Positions 19,625 to 30,006 are shown, counted from the stretch's first letter. The stretch is 64,000 nt of DNA from Chthoniobacter flavus (GCA_945861435.1 CAMAUX010000010.1:36484-100483), one strand, 5' to 3'. Numbers and translations: made by a program. The notes: generated from the letters alone by a model not told the origin.

Positions 19625-21292
19625 TCAGGGGGCTCTGAGGAGGGCGTCGGCGAGTCCTGAATCGCGGTGGATGGTGGCCGCGATGGCATCGCGGAGGACG
19701 TCCGGGCTGTGCCAGATTTCGACGGATCGGCGCGCGCGTGTGATGCCGGTGTAGACCAGCTCGCGGGTCAGGACGGGGCTCGGCTGGTCCGGGAGAATGA
19801 GGAGCACGTTGTCGAACTCGGAGCCCTGACTCTTGTGGACGGTCATGGCAAAGGCCGGCTCGTGTTTCGGCAGCCGGGCTGGGGAAACTTGCGACGGGGT
19901 TTCTCCGTTCGAAGCGAAACAGGCCATGGGTGCGGCGTCTCCGGATTTCCAGAAGATGCCGATGTCGCCGTTGAAGAGCCCGAGCTGGGAGTCGTTTTCC
20001 TGGATGAGGAAAGGGAGGCCGTGGATGGGCTCGACATCGCCTTCGGTGATGGATCGGTGGGGCGTTGCCGGCGGGAGCAGATCCTCCTCGCGGAGGATGC
20101 GGGTGATCAGCGTGTTGAGTTGTTCGACGCCGTACGGGCCGGAACGCAGCGCGCAGAGGACGCGGAACTGGGTGAAAGCTTCCAGTGCCGCGTCCGCGTT
20201 GGGGGCGGTGAGGACGGTGCGGAAGCCTTCGACGATCGGGCCGCGGAGGCTGGCGGCGAGGGCTTTTGGAGCTGGGATTTGGATGGAGCGGATGGTGCCG
20301 TCTTGTTCCGAGGCGGAGCGGAGCATCTCGAGTGCGTCGGCGTGGGAGCCTGTGCGGATGCTCTGGCAGAGGGCGTAGATGGGGCTCTCGTTCCCGAATC
20401 GATAGTTTTTCTCGAGGGTCACCATGCTGCCGGAAAGGGCGCTGCCATGGGTGGTGGCGGCGATGGCGATGTCGCCGAGAACGGAGCCGGGCTCGACGGA
20501 GGCGAGCTGATCGCGGTCGCCAAGAAGGAGGATGGAGGCGTCCGGGGCCAAAGCGTCGAGCAGCTTGGCCATGAGCGGAAGAGGCACCATGGAGGCTTCG
20601 TCGACCACGAGGAGGTCCACGGGAAGCGGGTGCGCGGCGTTGTGCCTGAAGGCGGGCGAGTTGTGGATGGAGCCAAGCAGCCGATGGATGGTCGACGCGG
20701 ATTCTGGAAGAGGAATCGTGAGCTGTTCGCGAGCGGCACCCTCGCGGATCGAGGTTTGAAGCCGCGCGGCGGCTTTTCCGGTCGGCGCGCAGAGGGCGAC
20801 GCGGAGCTGTGGACGCTGGGAAAGGAGGCGGGCGAGGATGCGGAGGACGGTGGTGGTCTTGCCGGTGCCGGGTCCGCCGGAGACGACGAGGAAACGGCGG
20901 AGTGTGGCGGCCTCGACAGCCTGCTGCTGGCGGTCTTCGAGGGCGGGAGGCGCATCGCCCGAACAGCGTTGGAGGATGGCGTGCGCGAGTTGCTGTTCGT
21001 AGGTCCAGTAGCGGCGGAGATAGAGGCGCGGGCCGTCGAGGACGAGAGGCTGGGTGCCCGCGGGGTCGGGACCTCCGATGGCTTTGCATTGGAGCAGGAT
21101 CTCCGCGGCGGGAGGATTGGGGAGGGAGGGAAGATGCAGGCAGGTGTGGCCTGCGCGCATGTGGGCGCTGAGAGTGGCGGCGGTGTTGCTGACGGTGGAG
21201 GCGGCGTGAGCGGGGGCGAACCGCGCGATGAAATCGGCGAACCGGAGGTCGAGTTCCTCGAACTCTTGGGACTGCGTATCAGCGGGATTCAT
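19625..21292 (-). CDS. recD: exodeoxyribonuclease V alpha subunit
   Basis: 555 aa with Walker A VVSGGPGTGKTTTV, VDEASMV and helicase motifs. It follows recB by 5 nt. Confidence 0.9.
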   Translation of the reverse strand: MNPADTQSQEFEELDLRFADFIARFAPAHAASTVSNTAATLSAHMRAGHTCLHLPSLPNPPAAEILLQCKAIGGPDPAGTQPLVLDGPRLYLRRYWTYEQQLAHAILQRCSGDAPPALEDRQQQAVEAATLRRFLVVSGGPGTGKTTTVLRILARLLSQRPQLRVALCAPTGKAAARLQTSIREGAAREQLTIPLPESASTIHRLLGSIHNSPAFRHNAAHPLPVDLLVVDEASMVPLPLMAKLLDALAPDASILLLGDRDQLASVEPGSVLGDIAIAATTHGSALSGSMVTLEKNYRFGNESPIYALCQSIRTGSHADALEMLRSASEQDGTIRSIQIPAPKALAASLRGPIVEGFRTVLTAPNADAALEAFTQFRVLCALRSGPYGVEQLNTLITRILREEDLLPPATPHRSITEGDVEPIHGLPFLIQENDSQLGLFNGDIGIFWKSGDAAPMACFASNGETPSQVSPARLPKHEPAFAMTVHKSQGSEFDNVLLILPDQPSPVLTRELVYTGITRARRSVEIWHSPDVLRDAIAATIHRDSGLADALLRAP

Positions 21293-21297
21293 GAGGT

Positions 21298-24200
21298 CTA
21301 AGGGAGCAGGAGTTTGCGCATGCCCTCGACGAGGGCGAGCGGCGGGCGGTCGAAGAAGATGCCTGAGTCGTTGGACTGCGGCTGGATGCCGCGGAGGAAG
21401 AGGTAGAAGACGCCGCCGAAGTGGTTGTCGTAATCGTAGTCGCGGACGCGGCGCTGGAGGTGGAGGTGCGCGGCGAGAGTGTAGAGGTGGTATTGGAGGA
21501 AGTAGGAGTGCTCGTGCATGGAAGCGCGGAGCTGTTGCTGCCCGTAGTCCTGAACGCTGCTGCCGAGCCTGTTGGACTTCCAGTCGAGGAGGTAGAAGCG
21601 GCCGTCGTGTTCGAGGAGCAGGTCGATGAAGCCGTGCAGATAGCCTTCCTCGAATTGCAGCCGGATGTTCTCGAGGGTGTCCGGGAACTTCTGCGGAATG
21701 GCGTCGCTGGCGTGTTTGCGGAAAAGTTCCGCAAGGCGGGAGCCTGTGTCAGAGCGGTTGCCGGGCTTGAGATGGATGTGGAATTCGGTTTCTGCGCGGC
21801 GGTGCGCCGGGGCGATGTCGGCGAGACGGAAAGACTTTGGATGGAGTGGAGTTTCGAGGAGTTCTTTGAGGGCGGTCTCGAGCTTGGGTTTCCAGAACTC
21901 CTTCTTCGCGATTTGGAATGCCGCGAGATTCTCGTCGAGCAGGGAGCCGAGGTTGTCGGCTTTCTGGAAGTCGAGTTTCTCGAGGATTTGGTGGAGGCAC
22001 TCGCCCGGGCGTGCGCCTGCAGGGAAGTCCGCGAGGGGGACGGGAGTCGGGTCCTTGATGGGCGGAAGAGTGGGTGCGGCGTCATCGCGGTCCATGGGAT
22101 TGTTTTCTCCGCCAGCGAGGGCGGAGTAACTGGTCATGGTGACGCGTCGGAGTTCGGAGCGGGTGATGGGGCGCGGTTTGAGGAGCGGCTGCGGAGCGCG
22201 GTCTGACTTGAATGCGGCGAGTGCCGCGTCGGCGTCCGGGTCGATCGACGAGTGTGCGAGGAGGGTGGGCTTTGCGTCCACGAGCGCCTGCATCGCTGAG
22301 GCGGGCTCCTCCTGGCCGAGGAAATGTGCGAGCGGCGAGTCGGCAAAGCCTTCGAAGTTGCCGAGGTAAACCGTGCAGCGGTGTTTGGCGCGGGTGAGTG
22401 CCACGTACAGGACGCGGAGGCTCTCCGTCTTCTTCTCCTCGAGTGCGAGACTGCGTGCTTCGGCGTCCTTTCCCGTGAGCTCGTAGGTGGAGTGATGGTC
22501 TTTTGCGGGATCGCGGAAGAGGGTGCCGCCTTTGTCTGAAATCCATGCGCCGCGCCAGAGGGAGGGACAGAAGACCATGCGGTACTCGAGGCCCTTGCAC
22601 TTGTGGATCGTGGCGACGACCACGGCGTCGCCTTCGGTGTCGAGGCGGAGCTGATGTTCTTCCGGCGCGGTGGTGTCGGAGTTTCTTTGAGCGACGAGCC
22701 AGTCGAGGAGGGTTTCCGGAGCGAGCCTGCGTTCGCTTGCCGCTTGGTGCAGGAGTTCTGCGAGGTGAAGGAAATTGGTGAGGCTGCGTTCACCGCCTTC
22801 GCACCCGAGGAGGCGGGTGCGGAGATGGAAGGTGAGGGAGAGGTGGCGGAACAGGGCCATGAACCCGGAGCGCTTCCACAGGAGGCGCGCGGCTGCGAGT
22901 TGATCGACCCATGTCTGCCAGCGGCTCTGGTCCTTTTCTGCATCGAGAATTTCCACGGCGTTGCAGCCGAAAAGCCGGGTGGCGAGACCTGCTTTGATGG
23001 TGCGCGTGTTGCGCGGTTCAAGGACGGCGGCCATCACGCGGGCGAACTCGGTGGCCTCTGGCGACTCAAAGACACTCTCGTCCGTCTTAAGCACGCAGGG
23101 GATGCCGCGTGCGCGGAAGAGGCGGTGGACGGCGGCTGCCTCCTTGTTGGATTGGACGAGAACGGCGAGGTCGCCGGTGTGCAGGGTTTTCTCCCCGACG
23201 GAGGGGGGTGCTTGTTGGAAGCGGATCACGTCGGCGACCACTGCTTCGAGGCAGAGCCGTTCGGCATCCCACCGGGAGATTGGCTCGTCCGAGAAAAGGT
23301 GGCGGAAGCGGAGGGGCGGTGAAGCGGGTGAAAGCTCCGTGATCTTTGGGGGCTTTGGAGGGTTGACTGGGATGTACTGGATCTGTGGATGGAGGAAGGC
23401 GCCGGCGGGGTTGGAGGTCTGGAAGAAGGCGTTGAGGGCGTCGAGCAGGGGGGCTTCGGAGCGGTAGTTGGTGTCGAGGGTGTACTGGTGGGAGGTGCTG
23501 CTGGCAGCCTTCAGGTAGGTGTGGATGTCGCCGCCGCGGAAGCCGTAGATGGCCTGCTTGGGATCGCCGATGAAGAAGGTGCGGCACGGTGGAGGGAAAG
23601 CTTCTGTGAAGATCTCGTACTGCACGGGGTCCGTGTCCTGGAACTCGTCGATGAGCGCAGCCTTGTACTTGGCGCGGAGGGTGGATGCGAGGGGGGCGTC
23701 GTCTTGCAGACCTTCGCGCATGTGACGCAGGAGATCATCGAAGCTGAGGGTGTTGCGGGCCTCCTTGCGAAGGGGAAGCTGCTGGCGCGCGAAGCGAGCG
23801 CACTCGTGGTCGAGTTCAATGCGGAGGGGTTTGAGGCTCTCTACGAACGTCTCGCAGGCGGAGAAGAAGGGGTGGGTGCGAAGTGCCTGGCCCTTGTTGG
23901 TGGCCTTGGTTAGTTTGGCCTGCGACAAGTGGGCGATGGCATCCACAACGCCCTCCTCAGGACCGCTTTCCGAGAGCGAGAGGAGCGAGTCGAGCGCGGC
24001 GAAGTGGCGGTCGTTTATTTTCTGGGAAAACTGGCGGCCGTTCAACCCGGGCGCGGCAATGATCGTCCGGATCGCGGCGCCCTCAGAGCCCCATGTTTTG
24101 GAGAGGCTATCGAGGGATTGGGTGAGGCCCTGTGCGAAGTTTTCAAAAGCCTTCCCATCGGTGTTACTCCCGAGGGTGCTTGCGGGCGTGAGGACAAGGT

Positions 24201-24804
24201 CGGGATGGTTGCTCAACTCGTTCAGCAGAGGGAGCCACCGGGAAACCTGACACTTGTCCGAAGCGGCCCAGATGCTGAGGAGGGCGGCGTTGCGTCCGTA
24301 GAAATGGTGGCGCCAGAAATCGTGGAGGACCTCGCGGAGGAGCGGCTTGGTGTCGGTGGAGAGTTCGGCGCCGAAACGCACGCCGCTCTCGAAGGCATGC
24401 TGCTGGAGCGTGCGCTGGCAGAAGCCATGGATGGTGAAGATCTGTGCCTCGTCAAAGGAGCGCAGTGCGAGGTCGAGCGCGGCCTCACCCTCTGCCGCTG
24501 GATGGCAGCGCAGGAATGCTGCAACGACAGGTTCCTTGCTGGAAATTGAATCGATTCCTGGCTTGCGGAGTTCCGTCAGCGCCTCGTGGATGCGCGTGCG
24601 GATTCGGTCACGCAGTTCGCGCGTGGCCGCGACGGTGAAAGTGACGACAAGAATCTCCGGGAGCCTGAGACGCTCTGTGAGGAGCAGCCGAAGGACGAGG
24701 GTGCCAATGGTGTGGGTTTTGCCGGTTCCCGCACTGGCCTCGATCAGTGTCAGGCCCTGATGGAGAGGAGTGTGGACGGCGTCGAAGGCAGGGTGCGGAT
24801 TCAC
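21298..24804 (-). CDS. recB: exodeoxyribonuclease V beta subunit
   Basis: 1168 aa. The N-terminal UvrD-type motif is EASAGTGKTHTI. The C-terminal nuclease block GFIDLLLEHDGRFYLLDWKSNRLG closely parallels the E. coli RecB D-x-K nuclease motif. The GTG start overlaps the recC stop (GTGA). Confidence 0.95.
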   Translation of the reverse strand: MNPHPAFDAVHTPLHQGLTLIEASAGTGKTHTIGTLVLRLLLTERLRLPEILVVTFTVAATRELRDRIRTRIHEALTELRKPGIDSISSKEPVVAAFLRCHPAAEGEAALDLALRSFDEAQIFTIHGFCQRTLQQHAFESGVRFGAELSTDTKPLLREVLHDFWRHHFYGRNAALLSIWAASDKCQVSRWLPLLNELSNHPDLVLTPASTLGSNTDGKAFENFAQGLTQSLDSLSKTWGSEGAAIRTIIAAPGLNGRQFSQKINDRHFAALDSLLSLSESGPEEGVVDAIAHLSQAKLTKATNKGQALRTHPFFSACETFVESLKPLRIELDHECARFARQQLPLRKEARNTLSFDDLLRHMREGLQDDAPLASTLRAKYKAALIDEFQDTDPVQYEIFTEAFPPPCRTFFIGDPKQAIYGFRGGDIHTYLKAASSTSHQYTLDTNYRSEAPLLDALNAFFQTSNPAGAFLHPQIQYIPVNPPKPPKITELSPASPPLRFRHLFSDEPISRWDAERLCLEAVVADVIRFQQAPPSVGEKTLHTGDLAVLVQSNKEAAAVHRLFRARGIPCVLKTDESVFESPEATEFARVMAAVLEPRNTRTIKAGLATRLFGCNAVEILDAEKDQSRWQTWVDQLAAARLLWKRSGFMALFRHLSLTFHLRTRLLGCEGGERSLTNFLHLAELLHQAASERRLAPETLLDWLVAQRNSDTTAPEEHQLRLDTEGDAVVVATIHKCKGLEYRMVFCPSLWRGAWISDKGGTLFRDPAKDHHSTYELTGKDAEARSLALEEKKTESLRVLYVALTRAKHRCTVYLGNFEGFADSPLAHFLGQEEPASAMQALVDAKPTLLAHSSIDPDADAALAAFKSDRAPQPLLKPRPITRSELRRVTMTSYSALAGGENNPMDRDDAAPTLPPIKDPTPVPLADFPAGARPGECLHQILEKLDFQKADNLGSLLDENLAAFQIAKKEFWKPKLETALKELLETPLHPKSFRLADIAPAHRRAETEFHIHLKPGNRSDTGSRLAELFRKHASDAIPQKFPDTLENIRLQFEEGYLHGFIDLLLEHDGRFYLLDWKSNRLGSSVQDYGQQQLRASMHEHSYFLQYHLYTLAAHLHLQRRVRDYDYDNHFGGVFYLFLRGIQPQSNDSGIFFDRPPLALVEGMRKLLLP

Positions 24805-27800
24805 GGGGAGGCGTGTTGGGCTGCAAGCAGCGGCTGGTAAATCTGGAGGGCGAGCTGCTCGAAGCGCTGGGTGAATGGGCGTGGCGGGAAGCAGAAGGTG
24901 TGCGCCGGCTCATCACACTCCTTGTGGTCCATGAAAGTGGGACTCCAGGCGGAGTCGGCATCCTTGAAGGTAGCGGCTGGGGACTTGCGCTTCGCGATGG
25001 CCTCGGCGTAGGCGAGCGAGGTTTTGCAGAAGAAGGGCAGAGGCGAGGAGAGCCCCTCCCAGAACAACTCGAGAAGGCCTTCAAGCAAGCATCGGGCGTC
25101 TTTCACAGGGCCGAACGCGGTGTTCTTCTTGAGGCCGATGATGGTGGTGGCCGCGGGCTCGGGATGCACGATGGCGTTCCATGCAAGGTGGTATACCCAT
25201 CCCTTGAGGAGGTCCTTTCCTCGGATCTCCGCGTGCCGATGCTGGATGCGCTGCGTCTGTGCACCGTCGGCAGATCGGTAGAGGCCGTCGACGCTGCCCG
25301 TCAGACGGAACTTCCCGATGGGCAGGTCGATGGGAAGGGGCGCGACGGCCTGCATGCCATCGAGGGTGGATATCACCTTTTGATGGAACGCGGTGTAGTC
25401 GCCGATCAGCTCGTTGAGAACAGTTTTTCCAGAGGGCCCCACGGGCACGGAGCCCCTTGCGAGCAGCGCTCCGGGCGCCGGCTGGAGGCCGTTTTGCAGC
25501 ATCCCGATGATGGTCCCGCCAAGCAGGTACTTCTGCAGGGAGTCCACTGAGAACGGCTCGTCATCTTCGAGAGTCGTGTCCTTCTCGCGGAGGTTGATGC
25601 CGAGACGCTTCTCCAAAAGAAACCGAGGCGGCGCAGCAAGAAACTCCACGAGCCTTTCGAGTTCGACGGTGCGCCACTCGTCGGGCGGTTCCGGCAGCGA
25701 GGGGGCGAAGAAGTCGACGGGAAGCGCCTTGTCGTGAAGGCGCGCGGCCGCGGTCGCGTTCTCCGCGGAGTAACTCCAGAGACGGGTGGAATGCTCGTGG
25801 AAGTACGATGGGTTGAAGGCCTGGAGCGGGTGTTCAGTGAGAAGAAAGGGGCGCGCCTTGGAGTCATCGGGAAACCGCACCGCCTGGTCCAAGTAGTCGA
25901 TGAGTTCGTTGACGACCACGGAGGGCGGGCTGGTCTCGTTGTCCTGCACGGATCGCCCGACGTAGCTGATGTGGAGACGCGCGCGCGCCGCGAGGATGAG
26001 TTCCAGAAAGAGCGCGCGGTCGTCGTTGCGGACCGAACGGTCTCCGAGCCGGCGTTTCTGGGCGATGCGGTCGAAGTCCGCGCCCTGGGGCTGGCGCGGG
26101 AATGCACCGTCGTTGAGGCCGAGCAGGCAGATCACCTGCGCGGGAACGCTGCGCAGAGGCTGAAGTGCGCAGAAGGTGATGCCGCCGTTGAGGAATCCAC
26201 CGCGTTGCCGGGGCCGCTCGAGGAGCTGGGTGAGCGCGTGCCGGACGATCGCGAAATCGAGTGGCCCGGTGAAGGAGTCGGCTGCTTTCTCGAGTTGTGC
26301 GAAGGCTTCCAAAAGCACGGCGATGCCCTTGGGATCACGGTGCACGGGGTCGTCGTCAGAAGGAAAGAAGGCCGCGGGGATCCCGCGCAAAGCCGTGATC
26401 CATTCTGCGAGCGCACGCGGTTCGGCAAATCCCGTGGCGATGTCGGTCATGCGATGGAGAGCTTTGAGGAAACGATTGAGGAGATCCGCCCCGCTGCCCT
26501 CGATGGGGTCGTGAGGGAGGATGCCTTCAAACGTGCGGATGCCACCGCCCTGCATGGCGAAGCCGAGGAGGAGACGGTCGATGCCGGCGGCCCAGCTGTT
26601 TTCGTGGAAGGCGCTGACTTCGCAGAGCGCGCGGTGTTGGGAGTCGATCCCCCAGCGGATGCCGGTCTCGTCGATCCATTCAGAAAGCTGCGTGAGTTCC
26701 TTGGAGGAAAACTCGAACTTCGCGCGGAGCGGTGCGCGGTCCAGAAGCGCGTGGATTTCGGAGGCGGTGAAGCGGCTGCCAGGAAGGTCGAGGAGGGCGA
26801 GGAATGCTTCCACGGTGGGCAGTTCGCTGCGCGGCGCGCGATCGGCGATGTCGTAGGGAATCCTGTGGGAATGGGACTCCGGGGAGCCGAACACGGCGTG
26901 GATGAGGGGTGCGTAGCGTTCGATTTCCGGGGTGAGGACGAGGATGTCGCTGGGTTGAAGCGCGGGGTCGGCCTGGAGCATTGCCAGAATCTGGTCGTGC
27001 AGGATCTCGACCTCGCGCATGGGCGAGTGACAGGAGTGGACAACGATGGAGCGGTCTTGCGGATCCGCAAGGGTCCAAGGTTCGACAATCCCGCCGTTTG
27101 CATCGCGCACTCCGCGTGCGAGGTCGTTGAGGATGTCGTGCTGAAGCATTCTCAGGAGCGACGCGGGGTCGGCTTCGACAAACGTGCCGTCGGGTTCGTT
27201 GGCGGAGTCGATGATGCGTTCGGTGAGATCCAGCTGGACGAGGAGTTGTTCGTGAATGAGCCGGCCGAAGGAGGAGAGCAGCGGGTTGCCCACCCATTCC
27301 TGCGGCGCGTGGGAGTCGGTCCCTTCCTCTGCGCAGAGAAGGGTGAGGCGTGTGCGCGCCTGCGTCTTCCATGTGGGGTTTTCCGCCGCGAAGTTCTTCG
27401 ACGGGCGGAGTCCGTAGTGGCCGATGGGGCAGTGGGGCGCGAGTTGAAACAGGATCTCCCAGTGTGCGGGCGCGAGGGAACTGGTGCCGAAGATGCTGAT
27501 GCGCTCGGGAAGTTCGAGGGTGGGTAGTGCGTCCGCAAGGCGTTGGGGAAATAGTTCCAGGGCGGCTGCGAAATGTGCGGGACGGCCCGGCCCGGCCACT
27601 GCGCGCCAGAGGATCGCCTGCCAGTCGTCGCGTTCTGCGCCGCGATGTTCCCAGTCGCGGATCATGTCGGGGCGGTAGAGGAGGTAGTTGTCGAAAAGCT
27701 CACCGACACGCTGGGCCCAGAGGTAGGCCATCATGCCGGACGCACCGGTGAGCTCGAGGGGCGCGCCAGAACCAAGGCCCATGTATTTGCGCACGGGCTG

Positions 27801-28124
27801 GAACGCAGGCGTGTGAATGAGATGGGGGATCTGGCTGAGAATCATCCAGCCCATGGAGTCCCGCGTGAATTTCCCGAGATCCGCCGATTTTCCAAAAGCC
27901 CACCCGAGGACCCGCGACATGAGTTCGGCCGGGAATGGGAACTCCACGTCCATGCAGATGCCGTGGCGGCGTGCGAGGGTGAGGGAGAGCCAGCGGTGCA
28001 TGCCGGCGCTCTGGACAACAATGGTCTCCGGCGCAAGGGCGTTGGAGAGCGGTTGCGCGGCGAGGTGTTGTCCGAGCAAATCAGCGAGGACTTCGAGGCG
28101 GTTGCTGGTGTGAAAAGTGAGCAT
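24801..28124 (-). CDS. recC: exodeoxyribonuclease V gamma subunit
   Basis: ORF 24801-28214. I prefer the ATG at 28124 (MLTFHTSNRLEVLADLL), which matches the usual RecC N-terminus. Size and position upstream of recB-recD fit RecC. Confidence 0.9.
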   Translation of the reverse strand: MLTFHTSNRLEVLADLLGQHLAAQPLSNALAPETIVVQSAGMHRWLSLTLARRHGICMDVEFPFPAELMSRVLGWAFGKSADLGKFTRDSMGWMILSQIPHLIHTPAFQPVRKYMGLGSGAPLELTGASGMMAYLWAQRVGELFDNYLLYRPDMIRDWEHRGAERDDWQAILWRAVAGPGRPAHFAAALELFPQRLADALPTLELPERISIFGTSSLAPAHWEILFQLAPHCPIGHYGLRPSKNFAAENPTWKTQARTRLTLLCAEEGTDSHAPQEWVGNPLLSSFGRLIHEQLLVQLDLTERIIDSANEPDGTFVEADPASLLRMLQHDILNDLARGVRDANGGIVEPWTLADPQDRSIVVHSCHSPMREVEILHDQILAMLQADPALQPSDILVLTPEIERYAPLIHAVFGSPESHSHRIPYDIADRAPRSELPTVEAFLALLDLPGSRFTASEIHALLDRAPLRAKFEFSSKELTQLSEWIDETGIRWGIDSQHRALCEVSAFHENSWAAGIDRLLLGFAMQGGGIRTFEGILPHDPIEGSGADLLNRFLKALHRMTDIATGFAEPRALAEWITALRGIPAAFFPSDDDPVHRDPKGIAVLLEAFAQLEKAADSFTGPLDFAIVRHALTQLLERPRQRGGFLNGGITFCALQPLRSVPAQVICLLGLNDGAFPRQPQGADFDRIAQKRRLGDRSVRNDDRALFLELILAARARLHISYVGRSVQDNETSPPSVVVNELIDYLDQAVRFPDDSKARPFLLTEHPLQAFNPSYFHEHSTRLWSYSAENATAAARLHDKALPVDFFAPSLPEPPDEWRTVELERLVEFLAAPPRFLLEKRLGINLREKDTTLEDDEPFSVDSLQKYLLGGTIIGMLQNGLQPAPGALLARGSVPVGPSGKTVLNELIGDYTAFHQKVISTLDGMQAVAPLPIDLPIGKFRLTGSVDGLYRSADGAQTQRIQHRHAEIRGKDLLKGWVYHLAWNAIVHPEPAATTIIGLKKNTAFGPVKDARCLLEGLLELFWEGLSSPLPFFCKTSLAYAEAIAKRKSPAATFKDADSAWSPTFMDHKECDEPAHTFCFPPRPFTQRFEQLALQIYQPLLAAQHASP

Positions 28125-28305
28125 GCGGGGTGGATGCGGGCCGAACTCCCATGGGGCGGGGAGAGAGCGCAGGGTGGCGGTGAAGAGTATCGCGGATCGC
28201 GGCCGCGGTCTCAATCACGCACAGAGAATGGCACAGGGGGTGGGACATTGGCTGACTTACCCATGCCGGGTCGTTCTTTTGGAGCCGGGGCGGTCGATCA
28301 GAACG

Positions 28306-30006
28306 CTACTTCCTCCCCGCCGGCGGGAGAACGGCTTCGAATCGTGCATCCAGCGGGCTGGGTGATGGAATGGCGAGGTCGGCCTTGAGCATCTGGAAGA
28401 ACTCGGCGAGGCGTTCCGCCTTGGCTTTGAGGAATTTGTCGGTCTCGAGTCGGGCGAGGAACTGCTGGTCGCCGCGGCCCTCGTCGGCGAGACGGGCGGT
28501 CATGAGACGGGCGTAAAGGGTGGCGCGGTCGTCGGTGGCGATGTTCATGCCGTAGGGTTCTGCAAAGCCCTGCCACTGGGTGTTGTCTTTGTAGAATGTG
28601 GCTTGGTTGGGGGCGCCGGTGTTGAGCGCGTTGACGCGACCGATCTTATAAGCAAACCCCTTCTCGTTGAGACTTTCCCAGTTGGCTCCGTGAATCGGAC
28701 CGCCTTCTTTAGAAAACGCTCTGTCGATGAGGTGGAGCACTTCGTGGTGGATGGTTCTTCGGAAGAAATCCCGCGATTTGGAATTGGCGGGGTCGAAGGT
28801 GCGGACGCCATAGGCAAAGGACACCTGTGGCAGCCAGCTCATGCCCTGCCCGGCAACGCCCGAGCCCCGGAATGTGAAGTCGTGGAGGATGTAGAGGTTC
28901 TTCACATGGAGCCCCGCGGTGATCTGTGGCGGATAAATCTCCAGCTGCTCGCGCGCCATCCGGACGAACTCCTTGAACTCCCGCAGCTTCTTGTCGGTGA
29001 AGTAAGAGTACTCCAGACGCACCTTCTGCGGCATGGGCGGAACGGGCGAGTCGGGCTCCCAAAAGACCTTGAAGCCCCACTGTTTCTCGAGTGCGCGGAT
29101 ATCCGCCTGAATTTCAGGATCGGCCTTGATCTGGTCGACGCTCTGCGTGTCTGCGGGATCGTTGAGGCAGACAGTTCGCTGATGTTCGGGGATGATGGCG
29201 AGGGTCGTCCAGAAGGCCTGGTCAAACTGTGGGTCGAGCTGGGTGAGAAAGGACTGCACGGTTCCCATGCGCTGCTTCAGGCGAGCGTCTTTCTTTGCGA
29301 GGGTGGTGAGTTCGTTGAACTCGAACGGGTCCCAAAACATTTTGTAGATACCCTCCCGTGAATTAGCCGCTTTGGTCAGCCGGGCGCTTTCGCCCTCGAG
29401 GGTTGCATCGTCAGATTCGAGCGTCTTCCAATGCGGCAGCGCGAGAAGGGAGTCGGGCGCCTTCAAGTCCGCGAGGAGGGAGGAGAACAGGGTGTAATGG
29501 AGGGAACCCCGCCCGAGAACCTCGGTCGCCGGAGTCAGCGTGGTGGGAATGGTGACAAGGATCGAGTCGCTCGCCTTCTCAAGGATGAACGTCGGCGAGT
29601 AATTCGCCGTGGTGCCTTTGGCCGTCTTGGAAATATAGGCGTTCGCAAGGACCAGATTCTTCGGCCCGTGCGCCTTGATGAAACCCGCCGGGTATCTCTT
29701 CCACTCCGCCTCCACCCAGCCAAGGAGGGAGAGAGCGTTCTCCACATGCTCCACCTTCAAGGGGGTGATGTCATAGCTTTTCGCCGTCACGGGCTCGTCG
29801 CTCTGCGCCAATCGGAGCGTGATACCGAAGTCTGCCTGGAACTGTTGGGCGACCGTGCTGAACCCCGGTTTTTGAGGGATCGTGGCTGCATCATCCGTGG
29901 GCGCGCTCTTCTCCGCGGGGCTGGCGGGCGCGGGCGCTTGAGCAAATGCCCAGTTGGCGAAAGCGACGACAATAGCGAGTCCGCGGAGAGCCATGGGGGA
30001 GGGCAT
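28306..30006 (-). CDS. secreted protein with a C-terminal HExxH metallopeptidase-like motif and an apparent internal duplication
   Basis: 566 aa with signal peptide LAIVVAFANWAFAQA. There is a single HExxH at FFRRTIHHEVLHLID. The N-terminal half shows a similar but motif-less module (see findings). The family was not recognised. Confidence 0.7.
   Translation of the reverse strand: MPSPMALRGLAIVVAFANWAFAQAPAPASPAEKSAPTDDAATIPQKPGFSTVAQQFQADFGITLRLAQSDEPVTAKSYDITPLKVEHVENALSLLGWVEAEWKRYPAGFIKAHGPKNLVLANAYISKTAKGTTANYSPTFILEKASDSILVTIPTTLTPATEVLGRGSLHYTLFSSLLADLKAPDSLLALPHWKTLESDDATLEGESARLTKAANSREGIYKMFWDPFEFNELTTLAKKDARLKQRMGTVQSFLTQLDPQFDQAFWTTLAIIPEHQRTVCLNDPADTQSVDQIKADPEIQADIRALEKQWGFKVFWEPDSPVPPMPQKVRLEYSYFTDKKLREFKEFVRMAREQLEIYPPQITAGLHVKNLYILHDFTFRGSGVAGQGMSWLPQVSFAYGVRTFDPANSKSRDFFRRTIHHEVLHLIDRAFSKEGGPIHGANWESLNEKGFAYKIGRVNALNTGAPNQATFYKDNTQWQGFAEPYGMNIATDDRATLYARLMTARLADEGRGDQQFLARLETDKFLKAKAERLAEFFQMLKADLAIPSPSPLDARFEAVLPPAGRK

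Noticed and set aside
19625-28124. RecBCD locus as part of a novel defence or anti-defence island
   Set aside because: All three subunits look canonical and tightly coupled, and no nucleases, methylases, ATPases of defence type or mobile-element genes flank them. This is the ordinary housekeeping recombination operon.
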